Shown here: piece by piece, positions 56,472 to 64,000 of the stretch
Position numbering within the stretch: the first letter of the stretch is position 1
Layout: each line of letters starts with the position of its first letter
Assembly: GCA_030648515.1 (NCBI GenBank)
Contig: JAUSHK010000005.1
Location: 48,383 to 112,382 of the forward strand
Source of the DNA: Candidatus Jorgensenbacteria bacterium
GTDB lineage: Bacteria > Patescibacteriota > Minisyncoccia > UBA6257 > GWB1-50-10
Reading direction: 5' to 3'
Length of the DNA: 64,000 bases
Program-made: the position numbers and the translations under genes
The notes under the pieces: model-generated
Database searches by the model: none
Told to the model about the DNA's origin: nothing
Seen by the model: only the letters and a program-made list of their open reading frames with translations

Positions 56472-56846
56472 TTAGTTTTCTATTTTTTGGCCGGCAGCGA
56501 GTGTGACGATTGCCTTTTTTATAATCGGTTTTTTTCCCGCTTTTCCCCTCCAGTGCGTTTCTCTCCCTTTCTTTATAACTGTATTTACGGAACTGACTTT
56601 AACGCCGTATCGCTCCTGGATTTCTTTTTTGATTTCCGGCTTTTTCGCATTCCTCGTAACCAAAAACACGTATCTGCCATTAGCTTCGTCTTGCGCCGCT
56701 TTTTCACTGATATGCGGCTTAAGAATTATGCTTTTTGTGATTCGTGAGCGCGTTCCAGAAACCGACGCTATTGGCGCCTGTTTTTTTACCGCATCAACCG
56801 GCTGGTTTTCTTTCTCTTTTGGTTTGTTTTTTGTAAAAATACTCAT
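56472..56846 (-). CDS. rplW: 50S ribosomal protein uL23 with N-terminal extension
   Basis: P.ISEKA, K.EIK, VNT, KKAIVTL. Confidence 0.95.
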   Translation of the reverse strand: MSIFTKNKPKEKENQPVDAVKKQAPIASVSGTRSRITKSIILKPHISEKAAQDEANGRYVFLVTRNAKKPEIKKEIQERYGVKVSSVNTVIKKGRETHWRGKAGKKPIIKKAIVTLAAGQKIEN

Positions 56847-56850
56847 GGGA

Positions 56851-57486
56851 TTATTTATTCAATCGCGACTGCACTGGAATTTCGTTTAACGCATTTTTCT
56901 CAAGAATAACGAATTTATGCGATGCGCAGTCATACACATTTAAATTCGGCGCTTGAAGCACGGCTACCTGCGGGATATTCCTTCCAGCGCGTGAAAAGAG
57001 CGCGTGCTCTTTTGCCGGGACAAACAGAACGCTAGTGCTCTTGCCGATAAGTTGTTTAACTACATGCGCGGCAAGTTTTGTTTTGTACGCTTGAAGTGAA
57101 AGGTCGTCAATAATTTTTACTTCTCCGTCTTTGAGCTTCCTTGAAAGGAGCGAGGAGAGAGCGACTTCGCGCATCTTCTTATTAATCTTCTTTATAAAAT
57201 TGCGTTCCTTAGTCGGTCCGAATGTCACGCCGCCTCCTTTCCATAATGGCGAACGCGAAGAACCTTGCCGGGAACGGCCCGTATGCTTCTGCGCATACGG
57301 CTTTTTACCTCCACCGCTTACGTCTCCGCGCCCTTTTGTGTGCGCGAGCGGTTGCCTGCGATTTGAAAGTTGCGCAAGAATAACCTGGTTCACAAGATCA
57401 GGATTCCACTTTTGAGAAAATACAGCATCTCTTAGTTCAACTGTTCCGATTTTCTCGTTTTCTTTGTTGTAGAGATCAGTGATCAT
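56851..57486 (-). CDS. rplD: 50S ribosomal protein uL4
   Basis: GGGKKP..QKHTGRSRQGS, GGG..FGP, RNIP. Confidence 0.97.
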   Translation of the reverse strand: MITDLYNKENEKIGTVELRDAVFSQKWNPDLVNQVILAQLSNRRQPLAHTKGRGDVSGGGKKPYAQKHTGRSRQGSSRSPLWKGGGVTFGPTKERNFIKKINKKMREVALSSLLSRKLKDGEVKIIDDLSLQAYKTKLAAHVVKQLIGKSTSVLFVPAKEHALFSRAGRNIPQVAVLQAPNLNVYDCASHKFVILEKNALNEIPVQSRLNK

Positions 57487-57487
57487 A

Positions 57488-57529
57488 GTGATAGTAAATA
57501 GTAATTTGTAATTAGATATTAGAAATTAC
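57488..57529. repeat. Degenerate 7-mer tandem repeat (6 units)
   Basis: gtgatag taaatag taatttg taattag atattag aaattac. Confidence 0.7.
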
Positions 57530-57957
57530 TTTCGGATTTCAATTTTCGTTCCGCGCATACCCGGTACGGCGCCGCGCACCATAATAAGGCGTTCCTCCGG
57601 CACCATTCTGGCAATCTTTAAATTTCTCACCGTTACGCGCTTTGCGCCCATGCGCCCAGCCATCTTTCTTCCTTTAATAACGCGCTGCGGAGCCGTCGGA
57701 CCCAAAGATCCCGGGGCGCGAAGCCTGTCCTTTTGGCCGTGACTCTTAGGACCTCCGTGGAAACCGTGCCTTTTTACAACGCCCTGAAACCCCTTACCAT
57801 GCGAAATGCCGGAGACACGAACCATATCCCCGGCTTTTAGTTTTTCTATTTCTCCTGATTCTATTTTGGGAGCAAACTCAAGAACCGTCACAGGAACGAC
57901 GGTCTCTCCATCCCAGATCTGGGTCATATGTTTTTTTGTAGCAATGATTTTTTCCAT
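57526..57957 (-). CDS. rplC: 50S ribosomal protein uL3 (short, 143 aa)
   Basis: MTQIW...VPVTV, GKGFQGVVKRH, MAGRMG, GAVPG. Confidence 0.95.
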   Translation of the reverse strand: MEKIIATKKHMTQIWDGETVVPVTVLEFAPKIESGEIEKLKAGDMVRVSGISHGKGFQGVVKRHGFHGGPKSHGQKDRLRAPGSLGPTAPQRVIKGRKMAGRMGAKRVTVRNLKIARMVPEERLIMVRGAVPGMRGTKIEIRK

Positions 57958-58084
57958 ACAAAACTATATACACATGCCGCGTACGTGGCATTATCTAGGA
58001 CAAACTCACCTGATATGAAAACGGCAGGGGCAAGCCCTGTCGTTTTCCTTAGACTTAGATAGGCTAAACCCGTTATGGGGTATG

Positions 58085-58417
58085 TTAGCTCATCTTAATT
58101 TCCACGTCAACACCCGCGGGAAGGTTCAAATCCGTCAGCGATTCAATGATTTTCTGCTGAGGATTTAGAACGTCAATCATGCGCTTATGCACGCGAATCT
58201 CAAACTGGTCGCGGGATTTCTTGTGTACAAACGTCGAGCGGTTTACCGTGTACTTTTTGAACTCGGTCGGTAGCGGGATTGGGCCGACAATCTGCCCGCC
58301 CTGCCGCTTTATGGCTTCAATTATCTGATGGACTGAACTATCAATAAGCTTCGCATCGTATGACTTTATGCGGAGGCGGAGCTTTTCGCGCGGAAGTTCT
58401 GCTTCTTTTTTTGCCAT
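58085..58417 (-). CDS. rpsJ: 30S ribosomal protein uS10
   Basis: GPIPLPT, KKSRDQFE.R.HKR. Confidence 0.98.
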   Translation of the reverse strand: MAKKEAELPREKLRLRIKSYDAKLIDSSVHQIIEAIKRQGGQIVGPIPLPTEFKKYTVNRSTFVHKKSRDQFEIRVHKRMIDVLNPQQKIIESLTDLNLPAGVDVEIKMS

Positions 58418-58468
58418 GATTATTGTTAATATTTCAACCGAGTTTCAAAGAGCGGCATTCGAAAAACT

Positions 58469-59668
58469 TTACTTCAGTATTTTTGTGACCGCGCCCGCTC
58501 CAACCGTCTTGCCTCCTTCGCGGATAGCGAACCGCTGTTTCTCTTCAAGCGCTACTGGCGCCATAAGTTTTACAGTAATGCTAACCGTATCGCCAGGCAT
58601 AACCATCTCAGTTCCCTCCTTGAGGATAACTTCTCCGGTAACATCCGTGGTTCTGATATAGAACTGCGGCTTGTATCCCTTGAAGAACGGCGTGTGCCTT
58701 CCTCCTTCTTCTTTTGAGAGCACGTAGATTTCTGCTTCAAATTCAGAATGCGGCGTGATGCTGCCTGTCTTTGCGATAACCTGGCCGCGTTCCACGTCTT
58801 CTTTCTTAAGTCCGCGGAGAAGGATTCCGACGTTGTCGCCGGCGCGTCCTTCATCAAGCGTTTTCTGAAACATTTCAATGCCAGTTACCACCGTCTTCTG
58901 CGTCGGCTTCAAACCGACAACTTCAACTTCCTCGTTTACCTTAATGACACCGCGTTCCGCACGGCCAGTTACCACCGTACCGCGCCCTTCAATTGAAAAG
59001 ATGTCTTCAATCGGCATAAGGAACGGCTTATCGGTTTCACGAACCGGATCAGGAATGTAAGCATCCAAAGCATCAACAAGATCCAAGATCGGTTTTACTG
59101 CCGGGTCTTCCAATGTCTTCGCTTCAAGCGCTTTTAGCGCCGAACCGCGAATGACTGGAGTTGCGTCGCCATCAAAGTGATACTTCTTAAGAAGCTCGCG
59201 CACTTCTGACTCCACGAGATCGACGAGCTCTTTATCGTCAACCATATCAACCTTGTTCAAGAAAACCACAATCTTCGGAACACCAACCTGGTATGCCAAA
59301 AGAATGTGTTCGCGCGTCTGAGGCATTGGGCCGTCAGTTGCAGCAACTACAAGCACCGCGCCGTCCATCTGAGCCGCGCCGGTAATCATGTTTTTGATGT
59401 AGTCCGCGTGTCCTGGGGCATCAATGTGCGCGTAGTGGCGCTTCGCTGTTTCATATTCAGAGTGATGAAGGGCGATAGTAATACCGCGCGCCTTCTCTTC
59501 GGGAGCATTGTCAATCATATCGACTGACTCTTCCTTCTTTGCAAAGCCTTTCATGTGGAGAACATGCGTGATGGCGGCCGTAAGGGTCGTCTTTCCGTGG
59601 TCAACGTGTCCAATCGTGCCGACGTTTACGTGCGGCTTTGTTCGCTGAAATTTTTCTTTTTCTGCCAT
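58469..59668 (-). CDS. tuf: Elongation factor Tu
   Basis: [28 protein letters not shown]. Confidence 0.99.
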   Translation of the reverse strand: MAEKEKFQRTKPHVNVGTIGHVDHGKTTLTAAITHVLHMKGFAKKEESVDMIDNAPEEKARGITIALHHSEYETAKRHYAHIDAPGHADYIKNMITGAAQMDGAVLVVAATDGPMPQTREHILLAYQVGVPKIVVFLNKVDMVDDKELVDLVESEVRELLKKYHFDGDATPVIRGSALKALEAKTLEDPAVKPILDLVDALDAYIPDPVRETDKPFLMPIEDIFSIEGRGTVVTGRAERGVIKVNEEVEVVGLKPTQKTVVTGIEMFQKTLDEGRAGDNVGILLRGLKKEDVERGQVIAKTGSITPHSEFEAEIYVLSKEEGGRHTPFFKGYKPQFYIRTTDVTGEVILKEGTEMVMPGDTVSITVKLMAPVALEEKQRFAIREGGKTVGAGAVTKILK

Positions 59669-59734
59669 AATTTTGGTTAATGTATATTAATGTATTTTTC
59701 GACCTATATAGTACCAGTTATAATAACAAGAGTG

Positions 59735-59762
59735 ATTGTATCCCTTACGCCCTAATTGTCAA
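59735..59762 (-). promoter_or_regulatory. Internal tuf promoter
   Basis: TTGACA-16 nt-TACAAT in the fusA-tuf spacer. Confidence 0.6.
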
Positions 59763-59819
59763 GCCATTGCTTTAAAAAACAACGCGGCGCGTTCGCCTAC
59801 TCTTTCAGTATATCATACT

Positions 59820-61928
59820 TTATTTCTTTCTGCCCTCAACTATCTGCTGGGTGATGCTTCCCGGGACCTCGTCATAATGCGAGAACTCCATATTGAAATT
59901 GCCGCGCCCCTGCGTAATTGAACGGAGATTCGTGACATATCCGAACATTTCGGCCATCGGCACGGTTGAATTTACAATTCTTAAATTGCCGCGTTCTCCC
60001 ATGTCGGTTATTTTCGCGCGCCGCGAGCTGAGGTCGCCGGTTATGTCTCCCAAAAATTCCGCCGGCGCTATTGTCTGCACTTTCATGACTGGTTCAAGTA
60101 AAACCAATTTTGCCTGCCGCGCCGCTTCCTGAAGCGCCATTGATGCGGCGATTTTGAAAGCAAACTCAGACGAGTCAACTTCGTGGTACGAGCCGTCAAA
60201 CAGCGTAACTTTCAAATCAACGAGTTTGTAGCCAGCGAGAACGCCCTTATCCAGCGCTTCCTCAACGCCTTTTTCAATAGGCGAGATAAATTCGCGCGGA
60301 ATTGCACCTCCCTTAATCGCGTCAACAAACTCAAATCCTTTTCCGCGTTCAAGCGGTTCAATCTTAAGCCACACGTGCCCGTATTGTCCTTTTCCGCCGG
60401 ACTGCCGGATGTACTTACCCTCCGCTTCGGCTTTGCCTTTAATCGTTTCCTTATAAGCAACCTGCGGGCGTCCTACGTTCGCTTCAACGCCGAATTCGCG
60501 CTTCATGCGTTCCACAATGACTTCAAGGTGAAGTTCGCCCATGCCACCGATGATCGTTTCGCCGGTTTCTATGTCGCCGCTCACACGAAACGTCGGGTCT
60601 TCATCAGAAAGCCTATGAAGCGCAAGTCCCATTTTTTCCTGGTCGGCTTTTGTCTTCGGCTCAATACGAATTGAAATGACCGGTTCAGGGAAAACAATGC
60701 TTTCAAGAATAATCGGATGCTCCGGATCAGCAAGCGTGTCGCCCGTTGTCGTATCTTTCAATCCAACAATCGCGCATAGGTCGCCGGCGTAAATTTCTTC
60801 CGCCTCTTCGCGATGGTTTGCATGCATAAGAACCACGCGCCCAATGCGTTCCTGCGTATTCTTTTTAACATTTAAAACATAGCTGCCGCGCTTCAAAATA
60901 CCCGAGTACACGCGAACATATGTGAGTGCGCCCACAAACGGGTCCGCGGCGATTTTAAACGCGAGGCCAGAGAACGGCTCATTGTCATCGGGGTGCCGTT
61001 CCTCTTCAGTATTTGTTTTGGGATTTGTGCCCTTGACCGGCGGAAGGTCTATCGGGGACGGGAGATAATCAGCAACCGCGTCCAACATAAATTGCACGCC
61101 CTTGTTCTTTAGAGCCGAGCCGCAGAGAATCGGAACGAGCTTGACCGCAAGCGTCGCTTTGCGAAGCGCTTTTTTTAAATCTTCAAGTGGGATTTCTTTT
61201 CCTTCAAGATAGATGCCTATGAGAGCATCGTCGGTTTCAGCGATTTTTTCAATAAGGTCTTTTCGTTTCTCGGCAACAAGTTTTTTCATATTTTCCGGTA
61301 TGGGAATTTCCGTAATGCGTTCGCCGTGTTCACCTTCAAAGCGATACGCTTTTTCTTCAAGAAGATTTACCACACCCTCAAAATGCTCCTCGGCGCCTAT
61401 CGGGAGCTGAAGCACAATCGCGTTCGGCGTAAGCCGTTCGTGGATGGACTCAACGTCTTTTTCAAAATTCGCGCCCATGCGATCAAGTTTGTTGATGAAA
61501 CAAACGCGCGGCACGCCGAACTCATCCGCATACCGCCAGTTCGTTTCCGACTGAGGTTCAACGCCTGCTACTCCGTCAAAAATAACAACTGCTCCGTCAA
61601 GCACGCGAAGCGAGCGTTTTACCTCAACTGTAAAGTCAATATGTCCCGGCGTATCAATTAGGTTAATGCGGTATTCATTTGTCTTCTTATTCTCTTTTGT
61701 GTACGTCGGAGTCCAAAAACACGTTGTCGCGGCTGATGTGATTGTAATGCCGCGCTCGCGCTCTTGTTCCATCCAGTCCATAACCGTGTCGCCCTCGTGC
61801 ACCTCGCCGATTTTATGGGAAATTCCGGTATAAAATAAAACGCGCTCTGATACCGTTGTTTTGCCGGCATCAATGTGCGCAATAATACCAATGTCCCTAA
61901 CTTTTTGAATCGGGTATTGCCGCGGCAT
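59820..61928 (-). CDS. fusA: Elongation factor G
   Basis: [30 protein letters not shown]. Confidence 0.99.
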   Translation of the reverse strand: MPRQYPIQKVRDIGIIAHIDAGKTTVSERVLFYTGISHKIGEVHEGDTVMDWMEQERERGITITSAATTCFWTPTYTKENKKTNEYRINLIDTPGHIDFTVEVKRSLRVLDGAVVIFDGVAGVEPQSETNWRYADEFGVPRVCFINKLDRMGANFEKDVESIHERLTPNAIVLQLPIGAEEHFEGVVNLLEEKAYRFEGEHGERITEIPIPENMKKLVAEKRKDLIEKIAETDDALIGIYLEGKEIPLEDLKKALRKATLAVKLVPILCGSALKNKGVQFMLDAVADYLPSPIDLPPVKGTNPKTNTEEERHPDDNEPFSGLAFKIAADPFVGALTYVRVYSGILKRGSYVLNVKKNTQERIGRVVLMHANHREEAEEIYAGDLCAIVGLKDTTTGDTLADPEHPIILESIVFPEPVISIRIEPKTKADQEKMGLALHRLSDEDPTFRVSGDIETGETIIGGMGELHLEVIVERMKREFGVEANVGRPQVAYKETIKGKAEAEGKYIRQSGGKGQYGHVWLKIEPLERGKGFEFVDAIKGGAIPREFISPIEKGVEEALDKGVLAGYKLVDLKVTLFDGSYHEVDSSEFAFKIAASMALQEAARQAKLVLLEPVMKVQTIAPAEFLGDITGDLSSRRAKITDMGERGNLRIVNSTVPMAEMFGYVTNLRSITQGRGNFNMEFSHYDEVPGSITQQIVEGRKK

Positions 61929-61934
61929 ATAGCT

Positions 61935-62423
61935 TTATTGCCGAACTGTTGGCTTTCTCAAAAGCGACGCGAAAGCGCGGTTCGCTTCGGCCATGCGGTG
62001 CATGTCCTGCTTTTTCTTGATAGCTATGCCTTCGTTCTTTGAGGCGGCGATGATTTCATCGGCAAGTTTTTCCGCCATCGGTTTCCCCTTCTTTCCGCGC
62101 GCGGCTTGGATAAGCCAGTGCGTCGCAAGGAAGAATTTCCGTTCCGGCCTGATTTCGCGCGGAATCTGGTAATTTGCTCCGCCGATACGCTGAGAGACAA
62201 CCTCAAGCATCGGGGTGGCATTTTCTATCGCTTTTTCAAAAATAGAAACTGGGTCTTGTTTCGTGACTTCCTGAAGTTTTTCCATCGCGCCGTAAAACAC
62301 AAATTCCGCGCGGGTCTTTTTTCCGCCAGTCATTAAATAATTAATGAAACGCGCAATATCCACGCGTGTGAATTTGTGGTCGCTATCGTGGTCTCTTTTT
62401 TTATAATATCCTTTCTTACGCAT
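61935..62423 (-). CDS. rpsG: 30S ribosomal protein uS7
   Basis: RIGGANYQIP, HRMAEANRAF. Confidence 0.98.
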   Translation of the reverse strand: MRKKGYYKKRDHDSDHKFTRVDIARFINYLMTGGKKTRAEFVFYGAMEKLQEVTKQDPVSIFEKAIENATPMLEVVSQRIGGANYQIPREIRPERKFFLATHWLIQAARGKKGKPMAEKLADEIIAASKNEGIAIKKKQDMHRMAEANRAFASLLRKPTVRQ

Positions 62424-62436
62424 AAAATATGTTCGT

Positions 62437-62853
62437 CTACTTTTTTACGTGCTTTGCGCCGTATTTGCTTCTTTGCTGTTTTCTGTCTTTTACGCCTTCC
62501 GTATCAAGAACGCCGCGAACGATGTGGTACCGAACGCCCGGCAAGTCCTTTACGCGGCCGCCGCGAATTACCACCACAGAGTGTTCCTGAAGATTGTGCC
62601 CCTCACCTGGAATGTACGCCGTGACTTCCATGCCGTTTGTGAGGCGGACGCGGGCGACTTTCCGAAGCGCTGAGTTCGGCTTCTTTGGAGTCGTGGTAAA
62701 CACTTTAACACATACTCCGCGCTTAAATGGCGACGATGAATCCACTGGCCTATTTTTGAGATAGTTAAAATAAAAACCAAGCCCCGGCGTCTTGTCTTTC
62801 GGTTTGCCGGTCCTTCGTTTGTGTTTTTTGAGTAATTGATTGATTGTCGGCAT
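62437..62853 (-). CDS. rpsL: 30S ribosomal protein uS12
   Basis: [21 protein letters not shown]. Confidence 0.99.
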   Translation of the reverse strand: MPTINQLLKKHKRRTGKPKDKTPGLGFYFNYLKNRPVDSSSPFKRGVCVKVFTTTPKKPNSALRKVARVRLTNGMEVTAYIPGEGHNLQEHSVVVIRGGRVKDLPGVRYHIVRGVLDTEGVKDRKQQRSKYGAKHVKK

Positions 62854-62863
62854 ATGTGAAAAA

Positions 62864-62898
62864 CAGTTAGTAGTTGGTAGTGAGTAGTTTGTAGTGAG
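62864..62898. repeat. Degenerate 7-mer tandem repeat (5 units)
   Basis: cagttag tagttgg tagtgag tagtttg tagtgag. Confidence 0.75.
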
Positions 62899-62948
62899 TT
62901 ACCTCTGATTCATTCAAAAACGCCAACCGTTTGGCGATGTATGTGTAT

Positions 62949-62976
62949 ATAGTAACCGACCTGCCTAAGAAGTCAA
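62949..62976 (-). promoter_or_regulatory. str operon promoter
   Basis: TTGACT-16 nt-TACTAT upstream of rpsL. Confidence 0.6.
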
Positions 62977-63011
62977 GATAATGGCCGTAGAATAAAAAAA
63001 TCGTTTGATTC

Positions 63012-63611
63012 CTACCCCATTCCGCCCATGAGGATGCGGTAAATAAAAAAGATTATGAAATCAATGACGCGCGAGCCGAGGAAGATGATGATGAGCAGAA
63101 AAATGAATCCCTGGCGTTCAAACATGGCATACCATGCGTCGGTCCGCGGAGAATGCGGGAGTACTGCATAGAGAATTTTTGAGCCGTCGAGTGGCGGAAT
63201 TGGAAGCGCGTTAAAAATCGCAAGTGCGATATTTACCTGAATAACCATAAGGAAAAGCGGAGAGGCGGAAACAACGCGATAGAGAAAAATAAAAACGAGC
63301 GCGATGATGAAGTTGCTTGCCGGGCCTGCGAGCGCGACGAGCCCTTCATCGCGCCGTGGATTCTTTAGATTCCGCGGATCAAACGGAACTGGCTTTGCCC
63401 AACCGAAAATGACTCCACCAGCGAGAGCAAGAAATCCGGGGACTAAAAAGGAACCTACAAGATCTAAATGTTTTATTGGATTGAGCGTCAAGCGCCCCGC
63501 CCTGCGCGCGGTGTCGTCTCCTAAATGTTCCGCCATATACCCGTGTGACACTTCATGAATTACAACGGAAAATAATAAAATCACTAGGGCAAATACAAAC
63601 GTCATATCCAT
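63012..63611 (-). CDS. Site-2 protease (M50 family)
   Basis: HEVSH, AGP, FNALPIPPLDG. Confidence 0.93.
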   Translation of the reverse strand: MDMTFVFALVILLFSVVIHEVSHGYMAEHLGDDTARRAGRLTLNPIKHLDLVGSFLVPGFLALAGGVIFGWAKPVPFDPRNLKNPRRDEGLVALAGPASNFIIALVFIFLYRVVSASPLFLMVIQVNIALAIFNALPIPPLDGSKILYAVLPHSPRTDAWYAMFERQGFIFLLIIIFLGSRVIDFIIFFIYRILMGGMG

Positions 63612-63635
63612 ATTTTTATGATATACTAGTTTGTA

Positions 63636-64000
63636 ATGGAAAGAAAAAGCGATGCGCCGATTTATATAACAATTGTTGTTTTTGCATTTCTTGTCGCGGG
63701 AGGATTTTTGTTAATGTCCGACCGGATTGGCTCGCTTTCAACGGACCTCAAAAATACGCAGTCACAGCTTGAGATGGCAAACGGCTCAATAAGCTCTCCG
63801 CAAACTGGTTCGCAGCAAACAAATACGACGCCGGTTCAAAATGTGACTCCTCAACAAACGGCGCCGCAGAATAGCGTTAGCATTCCCACCGCGATTATTT
63901 TTACCACGCAATCCAGCCCAGCACTCTCGCCGCAAACAAGCATTACTGTGACAGTGGAAGACGCGCGGAGGGAAACAGACGGAACGCTTACATTGGATCT
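63636..64000 (+). CDS. Hypothetical membrane-anchored protein (3' truncated by window)
   Basis: Open frame MERKSDAPIYITIVVFAFLVAGGFLL... to window end. Confidence 0.65.
   Translation, partial: MERKSDAPIYITIVVFAFLVAGGFLLMSDRIGSLSTDLKNTQSQLEMANGSISSPQTGSQQTNTTPVQNVTPQQTAPQNSVSIPTAIIFTTQSSPALSPQTSITVTVEDARRETDGTLTLD

Noticed and set aside
57526-57957. rplC as frameshifted pseudogene
   Set aside because: N- and C-terminal motifs are in a single open frame, consistent with an in-frame deletion
1-64000. CRISPR array
   Set aside because: No regularly spaced 23-47 bp repeats with unique spacers; the 7-mer tracts have no spacers; no cas genes
1-64000. Alternative genetic code (TGA=Gly, code 25)
   Set aside because: Conserved genes are full length under code 11 and TGA ends dprA, lepA and dusB at expected positions

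Overview
64 kb of a small-genome bacterium with hallmarks of Patescibacteria (CPR, Parcubacteria-like): str-S10-spc ribosomal supercluster lacking uL30, a shortened uL3, Ile/Ala tRNAs without rRNA, DUF4012/DUF5663, and mostly SD-less core genes (genetic code 11). The right half is housekeeping (dprA-topA, map-adk-secY, r-proteins, tuf, fusA). The left half mixes housekeeping with cell-wall hydrolases, glycosyltransferases and orphan genes. No CRISPR, rRNA, integrase or transposase was recognised. Most striking non-standard signals: (1) a stand-alone GIY-YIG gene inserted at the 5' end of tRNA-Gln with a 22-bp duplication, the upstream copy of which is split by a perfect 18-bp palindrome; (2) a related palindrome in a decayed tRNA-Gly, and a second palindrome family apparently inserted in frame in dusB and sod; (3) a MITE-like CCCGTTAGA...TCTAACGGG family, two copies of which sit just after translationally coupled start codons and supply a new ATG; (4) an unannotated 42-aa Cys/His-rich metallothionein-like gene; (5) orphan single-gene cassettes with a full sigma70 promoter, strong SD and terminator; (6) degenerate 7-mer tandem repeats and a GGTCGA motif in 5' leaders. 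All functional calls come from motif recognition by eye, not database searches.
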